From the human T2T-CHM13v2.0 reference genome, Homo sapiens: 64,000 nucleotides of DNA. Below, one piece after another: positions 1 to 20,187 of this stretch. The stretch lies in assembly GCF_009914755.1 (NCBI RefSeq), contig NC_060947.1; one strand, written 5' to 3'. The notes beneath the pieces were generated by a model. That model was not told where the DNA came from. It searched no databases and was given only the letters and a program-made list of their open reading frames with translations. Every line of letters starts with the position of its first letter. Position 1 is the first letter of the stretch. The position numbers were made by a program, and so were the translations under genes.

Positions 1-270
<270 letters not shown>

Positions 271-449
271 AAATCAAAATAAAATAATTCCATGTAAATT
301 AATGATCTAACACACTATACATCGTTTCCAAGATGTAACACGGATTTAGTCTTTCAGAACAAATTTTTGTGTTGCCATTTACATTTTTGTGCTAAATCCA
401 GGGGAGAGAAAAAATGGGTGAAGAGTAGAGAAAGAGAAAAAGAGAGAAG

Positions 450-1690
450 TGGCAGATACATGCTAGCTGGTCATTGAGGGTACAGAAGGTGACTATTGGC
501 TGTCAGAAAGTGTAGACCATGGAATCAGTGGTGAATAGAATGGTGCCTTAACAAGGATTAGTCCCACCTGGGAATAATTACTTCCATCTGGATGTAACTC
601 ACAGTACTCAGAGAGTATACAATAGAAACAAAGTCTAAACATCTCACTCTAGAAAGGCCACAGGTAAGCCTGTAAACAAAAAAGAAAGAAATATTCAACT
701 TCTTTTTCCAGGATGCAAAGTGATAACATCAAACTCAATCTAAACCAAGAGTATAAAATAAAAGTTGAAGCGGAGGAATGCATTGTCATTGTGAGAGAGA
801 TCGATTTTAATAGTGGATACAGTCTGAAATGGTTGAAGTTGTCATCATGTCATGCCTTTGTGAAAAAAAAAATTGGAGGAAAGAGACCACTGTTTAAGGA
901 CCAGTCATTGAATTTATATCATGGTTAAATATAAAAAGACTACCATTTCTGTTTTTAGAATCTTTCATTGCGATTGTAACAGCCATGTCAGAAGAGCCTA
1001 TTTTACTCTTAAGACTCCTAAATTTATGTCCAGCATTTTCCAGAGTCACTCTGAAGATAAGATGACATAAATATTGTAATGTTTGTCACACATTCTCTTT
1101 TCAGAGAATCAGGGTGGCATTCTAAAGAGGTAGTTTTTGAGAAAACCAGGCACACGCATATGGAACCATTTAAGTCATTTGTTGTGACAGTAATAAGAAA
1201 TTGAGTAAGCTATATTTCAACAAAGAAAACTTCTGTAGGAGGGAAGTCAAGAACTCTAAAAGACATTGTGTTAGGATCAAATCCACTCACAGCTCAGTTC
1301 TTCACAAAAACCTTAGCTTGATTTTTCAGCAAACTAGTCCTTGGATGTAGTGGAATATACTGTGTGAGTTATAGGAAGAGAATTTTTCCTAGAACTATTC
1401 AAACATGCAGTCAAAGGCAGAAGAATGCTTGTATAATTTCAAAGCAGGCTTGAGTAAACAACACCTGAAATAGATAGCTATTGTGATCTGCCGCTTTCTC
1501 TTCCCCTCTTCTAGAAACAGCTCACCACATTTTATATAAACTGTCCCCTCTACCACTCCACTTAACTGCTCACAGTGTGGTAACCAGTCATACTTGTGCC
1601 CATGTGACCCATATGACCCCATAGAATTCATTCTGTTTTTACATGGAACTTGACAGGATCAATCTCTCTCAGACAGCAGAACTGTGACTC
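450..1690 (+). mobile_element. Possible ancient Ty3/Gypsy-type pol fragment (RT-RNase H-start of integrase), highly decayed
   Basis: Frameshifted peptides in pol order: ERNIQLLF/RMQSDNIKLN (684-742, like HDRNLRAVLQRLREAGLKLN), ESFIAIVTAMSEEPIL (958, like EAFETLKKALTSAPVL), EKTRHTHME..FVVTVIRN (1139, like AERNYSQIEKEALAIVF), GSNPLTAQF (like DHKPLTSIF). By-eye similarity only. Confidence 0.4.
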
Positions 1691-1694
1691 AACC

Positions 1695-2740
<1,046 letters not shown>

Positions 2741-4050
2741 ATCTGGGCAGATGAGAGTTAGCAGCTTCTGTCATCGGTGGGCCAGTCTTGTGGAAAAGTC
2801 CCTGAAAGAGGACAATTGACACAAAGAAAGCTTCACTCTCCATGCTAGTAGGGGACCAGCCTCTGTCCCTGTCCTCCCAGAAGCCAGCTACACCTTTCTC
2901 TTTACAGGGTTTTCTACAAGAGCCAATAAATCCTCCTTTTTCTCTAAGGTGGCTCCAGTTGGGCCTCTATCATTTGCAATCACAAGATTTAATATAGGAG
3001 TGTTCTTTGCACAGACGTATACAGGACAAATTTTCTCTTTTACCAAGGACATGCCTCTCTGAGTGGTCTACATCCTCAGCTCATGCTCTGTTTCATTTTC
3101 CATCCTCAGCTCATCCTGGCTTGGCAACAGCAGCCAATTCCACATAAGGAGGCTTCTGTTGAGACATCATTTTCAGTTATTTGAAATATCTATGTTCATC
3201 AGCCTTGTGCAAAGCAGAATATATAGACAAGGCAGGGTGTGCTGCCTCCTGCCTCCTGCTTTCTCCCAACCAATCCTTCAACAGCCACATCCCAAACACT
3301 TGACCTCTAGACACTCACATGTTTGCCCATGTTGTCCCACTTCCTGTCTCTACTACAGTTACCACTAAATTCTACCTTGCCAGACAGAAATTGATAACAG
3401 AATCAAGAAACTAAGGATACTGTGGCTCATCAAGTGCATCTTCATGATCCACCAAAGTGACCCAACCCACTGGTTAGGAAACAGAAGTTCAGGAAGGTAT
3501 TCTACATGCTGTTCATTTTACAAAACAACCAGCCAGCCAGATGAAAAAGGATTAAGAGAATTTGAGACACCTATTTATTATGAATTTAAATGTCTGAATC
3601 AACACACATGATGTTATAACAGACCTATTTTGTAACTTCTTAGCCATTAGAATTACACACTCATGTATTATTGGTGTTAAAAAAAACTCTGTCATTCTTC
3701 CATCCAGTCATTCATTTGACAAACATGAATTGAACTCCCATGTATGAGTCAGACTTTGCTAATGCCAGGCCCTGAAGGAGCTCCCAGTCTGGAACAAGAG
3801 ATACACAATAAAATGGCAAAGAGGCACCAGGTGCAGGGGATTTTGAAAGCACAGTGAGGAAGCATGTATTTTGTTTTGAGGAATCCAGAAAAATGTCTTG
3901 GAAGAGATGATGCCCAGAAATTAATCTTAGAGGAAGAGTGAAAGTTAGCTCAGCAAAAGAGGAGAAGGATATTCTGAGAAGGGAGGCAGCATGAGCAAAG
4001 GCATGGAGACCACAAGCCTTTAGTGTGCTGGGTTAGAAAGGGGAAGCAAA

Positions 4051-4650
<600 letters not shown>

Positions 4651-4719
4651 AGAGAGAGAGGAGAAGCAAGGAAGGCAGAAGGAGAGGGCAGGAGGAGGGA
4701 CAGGGATAGGGCCATAGCA

Positions 4720-5324
<605 letters not shown>

Positions 5325-5655
5325 TTAAAAATTTTAAAAAAGAAACTTGGACTTAAAGCTTCCCTGGGATTTTAAACAAAGTTCCCTTCCCACAACACGT
5401 CATTATCACCATAGGTGCTCCCCTTCAAAATGATACTGTCAGACACAAGAGGCACTGTCTCACTTACCCCAGCAACCACGCCTACATAGTGGCTACATAG
5501 GAAAGAAGTCCAACTCTGCCCTTCAGTTTTCCCTAAAGGTGACCGAACTGTGTGAGGAGAGGAAAGTATGCCTTCTACAGAACACCCATCACTCAGCCAC
5601 ACCCATTCACCTATTCATTTATTCATTTAAGAAACATGTCTTGGACATATGCTAA

Positions 5656-6014
<359 letters not shown>

Positions 6015-6414
6015 TAACTTTTAAGATTATTTTAGAATGCTCAACTACGGTCATAGAAAAAAAATAGATTAAAATAAACTTTAATCATAGGAACACCAAC
6101 GTTTGTGGTTTGCTTTGGAATTCCTTAGCTGTTATCTGATTCCAAACACCCTAAGTGTACCTTTGTTTGCAGCTTGGGTTCCCATATGGTACTTGCAGAG
6201 AAAGACAAGGCCATCCCAAGGGCTGTCAGAACTCTTTTCAATTACAGTTGCTATTGAGAATTCATAAATAGGCATTCTGGACTCCTTTATTTGTGTGATA
6301 AATTCATGGATTATGAGATACAACATGGAAATTCTTGGTTCCAAAAACAAACTAGAAGGATTTGTCCCAAAGTAGTATTGAGTTCAACAACTTTTCTTTG
6401 CTTTTATTATTTTT

Positions 6415-6970
<556 letters not shown>

Positions 6971-7033
6971 GCAGTTCAACAACATTTATTAAGCTCTTTG
7001 TGTTAAGCACTGTGTAAATCCGAAGATAAGCAA

Positions 7034-8300
7034 CGTGACAAAAACAAGCAATGGGGAAAGGACTCCCCATTCAATCAGTGTTGCTAGGATAACTGGCTAG
7101 CCAAATGCAGAAGATTGAAACTGGACCCCTTCCTTACACCATATACAAAAATCAACTCAAGATGAATTAAAGACTTAAATATAAAACACAAAACTATAAA
7201 AACCCTGGAAGACAACCTAGGCAACACCATCCTGGATATAGGAATGGACAAAGATTTTGTAACGAAGATGCCAAAAGCAACCACAACAAAAGCAAAAATT
7301 GAAAAATGGGATCTTATCAAACTAAAGAGCTTCTGCAAAGCAAAAGAAACTATCAACAGAGTTAACAGACAACCTACAGAATGCAAATTATGCATTTGAC
7401 AAAGGTCTAATATCCAGCATTTATAAGGAATTTAAGCAAACTTACAAGAGAAAAACAACCCCATTAAAAAGTGGGTAAAGGACATGAACAGACATTTTTC
7501 AAAAGAAGATATATATATGGCCAACAAGCCTATGAAAAAAAGCTCAATATTACTGATATTGAGAAATGCAAATGAAAACCACAATGAGATGCCATCTCAC
7601 ACCAGTCAGAATGGCTGTTACTAAGAAGTGAAAAAATAACAGATGCTGGTGAAGTTGTGGAGAAACAAACACACTGTTGGTGGGAGTATAAATTAGTTCA
7701 ACCATTATGGAAAGCAGTGTGGTGCTTCCTCAAGGAGCTAAAAGCAGAACTACCACTCAACCTAGGAATCCCATTACTGGGTATATAACCAGAGGACTGT
7801 AAATCATTCCATCATAAAGACACATGCACATGAATGTTTATTGCAACACTATTTACAATAGCAAAGACATGGAATCAACCTAAATGCCACCAATGACAGA
7901 TTGGATAAAGAAAATGTGGTACATATACACCATGGAATACTATGCAGCCATAATAAAGGAATGAGATCATACCTTTTGTGGGAACACAGATGGAACTGGA
8001 GGCCATTATCTTTAGTAAACTGATGCAGGAATAGAAAACCAAATACCACATGTTCTCACTTATAAGATGGAGCTAAATGATGAAAACTCATGGACACATA
8101 GAGGGGAACAATACACACTGGGGCCTATTAGAGGGTGGAGGGTGAGAGGAGCAAGAGGATTAGAAAAAATAACCATTGGGTACTAGGCTTAGTACCTAGG
8201 TGACTAAGTAATCTATACAACAAACCCCCATGACACAAGTTTATCTGTATAACAAACCTGCACATGTACCCCCCCAACCTAAAATAAAAGTTTTTTAAAA
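7034..8300 (+). mobile_element. 5'-truncated L1 (older L1PA13-16-like): ORF2 end plus 3' UTR
   Basis: L1 ORF2 C-terminal DNA and 3' UTR; TSD aagataagcaa at 7023-7033 and 8300-8310. Confidence 0.93.
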
Positions 8301-8675
8301 AGATAAGCAAGGCACATTCCAGACCTTACAAAGCCTGTCTACAGATGAGACAAGCCAACAAACGACTGATATAATCAATAAAGATAACAAGATATAATAA
8401 AGGGAAAAAGAAAAATGTAGAAAGATCTTGAATTTGGGCACCCCCTATGTGGGAGGCACTTTTGTCTGTATTATCTCATTTAATGCTCACAACAAACCTA
8501 TGAAGTGGCCGTTTTGTAATCCTATTTTGTTGATAAGAAAAACTGCAGAGGCCATGCCCACACTACTAGCAAGTGGAGGAGTCCCAGCCTGCTTGGCTCC
8601 TAAGTTCAGGCTCTTTCCCTTCCAACCTGCCAGCTCCCATAGTGCCGCAACGGAAGTGTGAAAAGAGTACTGCTT

Positions 8676-9309
<634 letters not shown>

Positions 9310-10257
9310 TCAAAAGGAGAGTAAGGTCTTCTGGGCTGAGGAGTCAGGCAAAATGCTACGGAATAGGTGATGTTTGGGGGAGGCCATGAAGAAAAAAGAA
9401 AAATGTATTAGGGAGTATACTTTGGATCAATCCCTGTGGGGAGTGAAAGACGTAGAATTTTGCAGGGAAAGCTATTGGACTTCAATATCATCACAAAAAA
9501 CAGGCCTTAGCCAATCCCATGGATTGACTATTCAGAGACAAGGCGAGGCAAGTATTTATAGCCCCTCCCCTTGACCAGTCATTGGATATAGAGAAAGGAA
9601 TGTGAATTTTGGGTGAGGTGGTTCTCCTCAGCTGACAGCAATCCCCAGAGAGGAACTAAAATGCAAGCCATTATCCACCAACACTCCCAGCAGCTGAGGG
9701 AGTGAGTGTCTCAGTCGTAAAGGGGTATTCTGGCTGGCTCACCACTGTAGCCCACTATAGGATGTGTGCCCTGGGCAGTAAGCAGGTTGATCTAGCCAAA
9801 CATGAGAGTGCAAGAGTTAGGAAAGAATGAGGTTGGAAATTTGGGAGGGATGGACTTTGAAGGCCCAACATTGTGTTTTGTAAGTAAGGAGAAAGGGTCT
9901 TCGGTGTGAGGCAAGGTCATGGCTAGAAGTTGTACCATCACAATGCATGGGGCCATCTAAGGGTGGGGAGAACCTAGAGAAAGGACTAATTTTTACTGGC
10001 TCCACGGTCGAGGTGGAAAGTGGAGAGAGGACGAGTGAACAGGTAGCAGTGGCAATGGGAAGGAGGGGATGGAGATGGTAGAAGCACTGAGGACGCACAG
10101 ACATTGCATGCTAAGCATTTTCTACAAAAGACCTATGAGACTGAAAAAGAGACAATGCCTTACCATGGTTCAACCATTCCATAGAATACTACCCTGCTTT
10201 TCAATGTGATATGGCTTGGATGTTTGTCTCCTCCAAATCTTGTTGAAATGTGAACCT

Positions 10258-10930
<673 letters not shown>

Positions 10931-11383
10931 GTGATCCCCTCAATGTTGGAGGTAGGGCCTGGTAGGAGATGTTTGGGTCATGGGGGTGGATCTCTCATGA
11001 ATGGCTTAGCGCCATCTTCTTGGTAATTAGTGAGTTAATAGCTCAGTTACTTCACAGGAGATCTGCTTGTCTTAAGGAGTCTAGGACCTCCCCCTTCTCT
11101 TGTTTCCACTCTCACCAAGTGACATGCCTGCTCCTCCTTCACCTTCCGCCACGATTGTAAGCTTCCTAAGGCCCTCACCAGAAGCAGATGCCAGTGCGGT
11201 GCTTCCTGTACAGCCTGCAGAATAGTGAGCCAATTAAACCTCTTTTCTTTATAAGTTACCCAGCCTCAGCTATTTCTTTATAGCATGCAAAAACAGACTA
11301 ACACACAGTGTAAGTTCCATATGAGCAGGGATTTTTGTTGTTTTCCTAGCATTTAGAACAATACCTGGCAAATAGCAGGTGTT

Positions 11384-11812
11384 TGTACCAATCAGCTTTG
11401 GCTGGGATCATGCTGAGTTACAAAAATCCCAAAATCTCAATGGCTTGCAGCAACAAACATTTATTTATTGCTCGTGGCTCTATAGTCAATGGTAACAACT
11501 CTGGTCCAGGCTGTGGGTTGGGTCCAGGTCTGCTCCATGTGTCTTTCTAAGCAAGGGGCTCAGCTGAAGAACGTGGGGGACATACAATTTTTTTAGTGGA
11601 GGGGAGGGGCCCAAGAAGGCTAGCAGAACTTGCTATGTTTCTGTAAGCTTCTGCTAGGATCTGGCACACTGTCCTTTCCACCACTCTCATTCCCTTGGCC
11701 TAAGCAACTCATATGAACAAGCTCCACATCAATGGGGAAGGGAAATACACTCCTCCTCTGGGGAGCTGGGGGAAGGGGAGTGAATATTTGCTGAGCCACG
11801 ATAAAATCCACA
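11384..11812 (-). mobile_element. Old MaLR LTR (MLT1-type)
   Basis: cccaaaatctcaatggcttgcagcaacaaacatttattt ... caagctccacatcaatggggaagggaaatacactcc. Confidence 0.6.
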
Positions 11813-12176
11813 ATCGTGCTCAATAAATATTTGTTGAATGACTGTATGAATAAAGTCTACATGTACTGATATGGGAAGATCCCTAACACATCTCATTAAG
11901 TGAAAAAAGCAAGTTGCAAAGCAGTATATACACTATGATCTAATTTATAAACACACATACCAAAAATAGAAGCATACACTGATATATGCACATATTTTTT
12001 CATAAATGCATAGAGAAGGGGCTGGAAGTGGATATGCTACACAGCAGTGTAACTTCTGGAAAGAGAAGTAAGATTGGGTAGGAATCAAAGAAAACATTTG
12101 CTTTTTCATCATTTGAAAATTCTTTTTACAAAAAAGTATTTGTGCTTAACTTGTATGGTTTTCTTTTTAATTATAG

Positions 12177-12298
12177 AAAGAAGGAAAGAAAGAAAGAAAA
12201 GAAAGAGAGAAGAAAGAAAAGAAAGAAAGAAAGAAAGGAAGGAGGGGAGGGAGGGAGGGGCGGAGGGAGGGAGGGAGGGAAAGAGAGAGAGAAAGAAA

Positions 12299-12357
<59 letters not shown>

Positions 12358-12422
12358 GGAAGGAAGGAAGGAAGGAAGGAAGGAAGGAAGGAAGGAAGGA
12401 AGGAAGGAAGGAAGGAAAGAAA
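12177..12422 (+). repeat. Compound (GAAA)n/(GGAG)n/(GGAA)n polypurine microsatellite
   Basis: About 245 bp, almost pure purine. Confidence 0.97.
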
Positions 12423-13191
12423 GCCAATGAGGCAATGTCCATTGTGAAGCTCCTCACACAATCCGAATTGGAAAAATGTCAAATGAGCAATTTGGAGGAA
12501 GGAAGTTAATGTCATAGTAAGAGTGACAAATTAATAACAAAATGTGCCCTAACTCTTATAATTGCTCAGTTACTGCTCTGACATTTAAAAAACATTACAA
12601 CTTTTATGGCAAGTGCCTTTATCTGGCTTTTGAAACGATTATGAAATTACTTTGACAGTATCTTGCACTTACATTGTGTAAAAAGTAACATTTACTTAAC
12701 CCATGCCATATAATAGTAGATATTCAGTGTTCCTTACACTTAATAAGTAAAAACCCTAGCAAGTCTATTAATAGTTTACTTTTTTCCGGCTCACATAGGA
12801 ATATCAAGTCTTAATGAAAAGTAATATTCTCTAAAGGGCATTCTTTATCTTGAATATGCTGCAATATGCCATACTATAAAATAAATTGAACATTCCTTCA
12901 ACTTTCCATCCCTTTCTCTAGAACCTAATGCCTTATCTGGATAGTCACAGATGTAAACTTTCTGAAAGACTGAATCACTTTATCAAGTTAGAACATCTTT
13001 CTAAGGCTGTGCTGGTGTTCACTTTTCATAGCTAATATCTCAGCAACCACACAAAGAATCAAAAAGTTTTGATGGCTGAGGACTTGCAAAAGCGGCCAAA
13101 CAGCCCCAAAACTCTCAATGATCACCCACACAGTGCATCCAGACCACAGAACAAACACCAATTCTATTTCTCCCTCAAGAAAACAATAACA

Positions 13192-13512
13192 GGCCAGGCA
13201 CAGTGGCTCACGCCTGTAATCCCAGCACTTTGGGAGGCCGGGGTGATTTGATCACCTGAGGTCAGGAGTTCAAGACCAGCCTGGCCAACATGGTGAAACC
13301 CCGTCTCTACTAAAAATACGAGAATTAGCTGGGCATGGTGGCAGGCGCCTGTAATCCCAGCTACTCTAGGGGGGCTGAGGCAGGAGAATCGCTTGAATCC
13401 AGGAGGCGGAGGTTGCAGTGAGCCAAGATGGTGCCACTGTACTCCAGCCTGGGCAACACAGCAAGACTCTGTCTCAAAAAAAAAAAAAAAAAGAAAAAGA
13501 AAAAGAAAAAGG
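13192..13512 (+). mobile_element. Alu (AluS-type); 5' parent of the duplication junction
   Basis: Full-length; TSD aagaaaacaataaca / aagaaaacaacaaca. Confidence 0.95.
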
Positions 13513-14051
13513 AAAGAAAACAACAACAAATAGGTCATTTTAAAATTTGGTATTTTAAGGAATCTTTAAGGTGGTTCTTGTTGTTGACCATTTCTGTTTT
13601 GGGTGTGATTTTTCAAATGTCCAGGTAGGTTCTGAAATTTAAATTTGTTAAATTAGCGCCAGTTGAGCTCGCTCATCAGTTGGCCTGGCTCATGATAATC
13701 AGATTTATAGGAGGCTCACTTACAAATCAGATCATGAGTTTATTCATTTATACGCACCCTACCATATACCTCCCAGAGCACCAGGTTCACTTGCTTTCTG
13801 CCCTCCCTTCCCACTAAAGTAAGGTTGAATTAAGTTCAAATAATTGGCTGATAAACACTAGATTCAAAAAGAGGGAACTGTATGGTTTTAATAAGATTAT
13901 TAATTTGTGGTACCCCAGTAAGCTCACTGCTCACAAAAATATCTGCCTCGCTCAAGGGGTCAGTGCATTCAGAGCAAGCCTCTTCCTTGATGGTGCTGGG
14001 AGACCCTGAAAGACTATCCTGATCAACACCTCATTAAGGATTTCATTCAAC

Positions 14052-14421
<370 letters not shown>

Positions 14422-15484
14422 TTAGCAAAGATGGACTCTTACGCAAAATAATAATAATAATAATAAAAAGTAAGTTATTTGCTCATTCCTGAACCAAATA
14501 CAGTGGCCAAAGGGATGAAATGTGCCGATTGTCCAAGCCCGGGGTTCTCAACCACCTCTAGGATGAGTCCTGCTCCCCAACAAATCAACAAATCATAAGT
14601 CCTGAGGAAGGGCAGAGCTCCTTCAATGGAAAAGAATGAAGACTGGATGGTAGGCAGGCAAATAAAAGAACAACAGCAACAATAATAGTAATAGATGTCC
14701 ACTATACCAAATTTATGGTTGTAATTCTTGACCACACTCCTCTCACCAGTTCAGAGTCTGTTTCAGCAGGTAGGGTGGCATGGGCACCAATCATAGTACA
14801 ATAATGAACTGTTGATTCCTTCTGGGGAGAAAAAAAAAAACACAAACTGAAACAGGATGTTGGAATAGGCTAATGGCTTGACTTCATTTCAATACTTTTA
14901 ATACTGACCTTTCTGTTTGCCTTTTAGCCTGTTTCATTTTTTACCTAGTTCCTGTTATCCCAGAAGCGCCGTATCTGAAAGACAATATGACAACTTAATA
15001 AAACAAATCATAATTATGAAAGTCCTCTGTGCATTGGTTTAAGGATTAAAATGTCAAATTTCAAATGTTGATGGGTTCACATGATTTGTGCCTGATGAAG
15101 ATAGTAGAGTTAGAAGAGCAGGCAGAGTTGTGAGAATCAAGGAGTCTGGGACATGACATGAGGGACCAACTCCCAGCTAATATAAGGAGCCTGTCCCCTC
15201 ACTGTTTGAGGCTAGAATTTGGGCAAGAAGAGAAGGAATTCTGTAACTGCAGTTACAAACTTGATTCCAATTGAGGTTTTGCCACTTACTAGTAATGCAG
15301 CCCATGGCGAAGTTAATGAGAAGTAATAACACCATTTCTTAAGCTGATTCTGTACCAAGTGCTTTAAGCTTTATGAGAACCTTGGAGGGGATGTATCATT
15401 AAATCCCTTTTATCAAACCCTATCAGTGGCAAGACATGTAATCAATTTAATAATAGCTTTATAGGGTAATGCTTTACAAGACAT

Positions 15485-15815
15485 AGGCAGCCAGGTGCAG
15501 TAGCTCACGCCTGTAGTTCCAACACTTTGGGAGGCCAAGGCAGGAGGACGGCTTGTTGCCAGGAATTCCAGATGTTGCCAGGAATTCCAGACCAACCTAG
15601 GTAACATAGTGAGACCCTGTCTCTTTTTAAAAAAAAAAAAATTAAATTAGCCTGGTGTGGTGGCACATGCCTGTAGTCCCAGTTACGGGGGAAGTGGAAG
15701 TGAAAGGATTGCTTAAGTCTAGGAGGTCAAGGCTGCAGTGAACCGAGATCACGCCACTGCACCACAACCTGCATGGCAGAGCGAGATCCTGTCTCAAAAA
15801 AGAAAAAAAATAAAA
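15485..15815 (+). mobile_element. AluJ-type (copy 1) with an internal 19-bp tandem duplication
   Basis: Old Alu; tgttgccaggaattccaga repeated twice. Confidence 0.88.
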
Positions 15816-15875
15816 AAGAAGACATAATCAATTATAAAACACAACTCAATTTCAAACATTAAAATAAGAAGGGAA

Positions 15876-16195
15876 GGCCAGGCACGGTGGCTCACGCCTG
15901 TAATCCCAGCACTTTAGGAGGCCGAGGCAGGTGGATCACAAGGTCAGGAGTTCGAGACCAGCCTGGCCAACATGGTGAAATGCCATCTCTACTAAAAATA
16001 CGAGAATTAGCTGGGCATGGTGGCAGGCGCCTGTAATCCCAGCTACTCTAGGGGGGCTGAGGCAGGAGAATCGCTTGAATCCAGGAGGCGGAGGTTGCAG
16101 TGAGCCAAGATGGTGCCACTGTACTCCAGCCTGGGCAACACAGCAAGACTCTGTCTCAAAAAAAAAAAAAAAAAGAAAAAGAAAAAGAAAAAGGA
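15876..16195 (+). mobile_element. Chimeric Alu at the duplication junction
   Basis: Left part matches the Alu at 18884 (tttaggagg, gaaatgccatc); right part matches the Alu at 13192 (tacgagaattag, ctctagggggg). Confidence 0.93.
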
Positions 16196-16733
16196 AAGAA
16201 AACAACAACAAATAGGTCATTTTAAAATTTGGTATTTTAAGGAATCTTTAAGGTGGTTCTTGTTGTTGACCATTTCTGTTTTGGGTGTGATTTTTCAAAT
16301 GTCCAGGTAGGTTCTGAAATTTAAATTTGTTAAATTAGCGCCAGTTGAGCTCGCTCATCAGTTGGCCTGGCTCATGATAATCAGATTTATAGGAGGCTCA
16401 CTTACAAATCAGATCATGAGTTTATTCATTTATACGCACCCTACCATATACCTCCCAGAGCACCAGGTTCACTTGCTTTCTGCCCTCCCTTCCCACTAAA
16501 GTAAGGTTGAATTAAGTTCAAATAATTGGCTGATAAACACTAGATTCAAAAAGAGGGAACTGTATGGTTTTAATAAGATTATTAATTTGTGGTACCCCAG
16601 TAAGCTCACTGCTCACAAAAATATCTGCCTCGCTCAAGGGGTCAGTGCGTTCAGAGCAAGCCTCTTCCTTGATGGTGCTGGGAGACCCTGAAAAACTATC
16701 CTGATCAACACCTCATTAAGGATTTCATTCAAC

Positions 16734-17061
<328 letters not shown>

Positions 17062-17945
17062 CTATTAGGGGCCTTCCAATCACCAACTGATCTTGATTCC
17101 CATTAGCAAAGATGGACTCTTACGCAAAATAATAATAATAATAATAAAAAGTAAGTTATTTGCTCATTCCTGAACCAAATACAGTGGCCAAAGGGATGAA
17201 ATGTGCCGATTGTCCAAGCCCGGGGTTCTCAACCACCTCTAGGATGAGTCCTGCTCCCCAACAAATCAACAAATCATAAGTCCTGAGGAAGGGCAGAGCT
17301 CCTTCAATGGAAAAGAATGAAGACTGGATGGTAGGCAGGCAAATAAAAGAACAACAGCAACAATAATAGTAATAGATGTCCACTATACCAAATTTATGGT
17401 TGTAATTCTTGACCACACTCCTCTCACCAGTTCAGAGTCCGTTTCAGCGGGTAGGGTGGCATGGGCACCAATCATAGTACAATAATGAACTGTTGATTCC
17501 TTCTGGGGAGAAAAAAAAAAACACAAACTGAAACAGGATGTTGGAATAGGCTAATGGCTTGACTTCATTTCAATACTTTTAATACTGACCTTTCTGTTTG
17601 CCTTTTAGCCTGTTTCATTTTTTACCTAGTTCCTGTTATCCCAGAAGCGCCATATCTGAAAGACAATATGACAACTTAATAAAACAAATCATAATTATGA
17701 AAGTCCTCTGTGCATTGGTTTAAGGATTAAAATGTCAAATTTCAAATGTTGATGGGTTCACATGATTTGTGCCTGATGAAGATAGTAGAGTTAGAAGAGC
17801 AGGCAGAGTTGTGAGAATCAAGGAGTCTGGGACATGACATGAGGGACCAACTCCCAGCTAATATAAGGAGCCTGTCCCCTCACTGTTTGAGGCTAGAATT
17901 TGGGCAAGAAGAGAAGGAATTCTGTAACTGCAGTTACAAACTTGA

Positions 17946-18334
<389 letters not shown>

Positions 18335-18492
18335 AACACCATTTCTTAAGCTGATTCTGTACCAAGTGCTTTAAGCTTTATGAGAACCTTGGAGGGGATG
18401 TATCATTAAATCCCTTTTATCAAACCCTATCAGTGGCAAGACATGTAATCAATTTAATAATAGCTTTATAGGGTAATGCTTTACAAGACATA

Positions 18493-18825
18493 GGCAGCCA
18501 GGTGCAGTAGCTCACGCCTGTAGTTCCAACACTTTGGGAGGCCAAGGCAGGAGGACGGCTTGTTGCCAGGAATTCCAGATGTTGCCAGGAATTCCAGACC
18601 AACCTAGGTAACATAGTGAGACCCTGTCTCTTTTTTAAAAAAAAAAAAATTAAATTAGCCTGGTGTGGTGCCACATGCCTGTAGTCCCAGTTACGGGGGA
18701 AGTGGAAGTGAAAGGATTGCTTAAGTCTAGGAGGTCGAGGCTGCAGTGAACCGAGATCACGCCACTGCACCACAACCTGCATGGCAGAGCGAGATCCTGT
18801 CTCAAAAAAGAAAAAAAATAAAAAA
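18493..18825 (+). mobile_element. AluJ-type (copy 2)
   Basis: Duplicate of the 15485 element. Confidence 0.88.
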
Positions 18826-18883
18826 GAAGACATAATCAATTATAAAACACAACTCAATTTCAAACATTAAAATAAGAAGGGAA

Positions 18884-19216
<333 letters not shown>

Positions 19217-19923
19217 TTAGAACAGCCTTTTAAAATGGAATATTGCCCCATTTTACCTACAAGACCACTGAGGCTTAGCTAAAGAGTTTATGCCATTTAT
19301 CCATCCAAAGTCACACAGCTATTTGTGAATATGGAGCCAGAAATCTAATTCAGCTCTATTTGATTTCTATTCACCACATTGTACCTCCAGGGTCACAGTT
19401 CCTTAGTTTCCTTATATATAAAACGAAAATGAATAGACACCTCTCAAGATCATCACAAGAATCAAATGGTGTGTATGAAAACATGAGTGCCTAGAGATAG
19501 CTGGTGCTTATTATTCTTTTTAACAATAAAGCAACCATAGACATATGCCAAGTGAATAGAAAATAAGAATTTAAGGGAGACTGGGGCTAGGCAAGATAGG
19601 AACCAAGCAGACTTTGAATTCAGCTGATGTCTGCTTGGGCAGGAAATTCTTAGAAAAATCCTGCTGGAGAAAAGGTCAGTCCTAGGACATAGAAAATCCA
19701 TATTATAAATTTGGGCTTTGACTAAGCTGTAGGTGCCAAGTACCACATTAAGATTGCTCAAATAGCCAAGGACTTTGCCCAGACTCGCCCAAATTAAACA
19801 ATGAGTTTTTTCCAACTTTACTTGATAAGAATCAATCTCTTTATTAAACTGCTTACACATAACTAAATGTAAAGTCAAAAGAAAGGACAGATGAAGTCTG
19901 AGCCAACGTGGTGTAAATTCTGA

Positions 19924-20187
<264 letters not shown>

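Noticed and set aside
602-711. Splice-like signals (cag|gtaagc and ttccag on +; a polypyrimidine acceptor and gtgagt donor on -)
   Set aside because: The + strand intron would be only ~48 nt, and the - strand 68-nt exon has no recognisable product or partner exons; cannot be supported without transcript data
12074-12515. Lys/Glu/Arg-rich and Phe/Leu/Ser-rich ORFs (also at 42.0-42.6 kb and 60.0-60.3 kb)
   Set aside because: Translations of purine microsatellites
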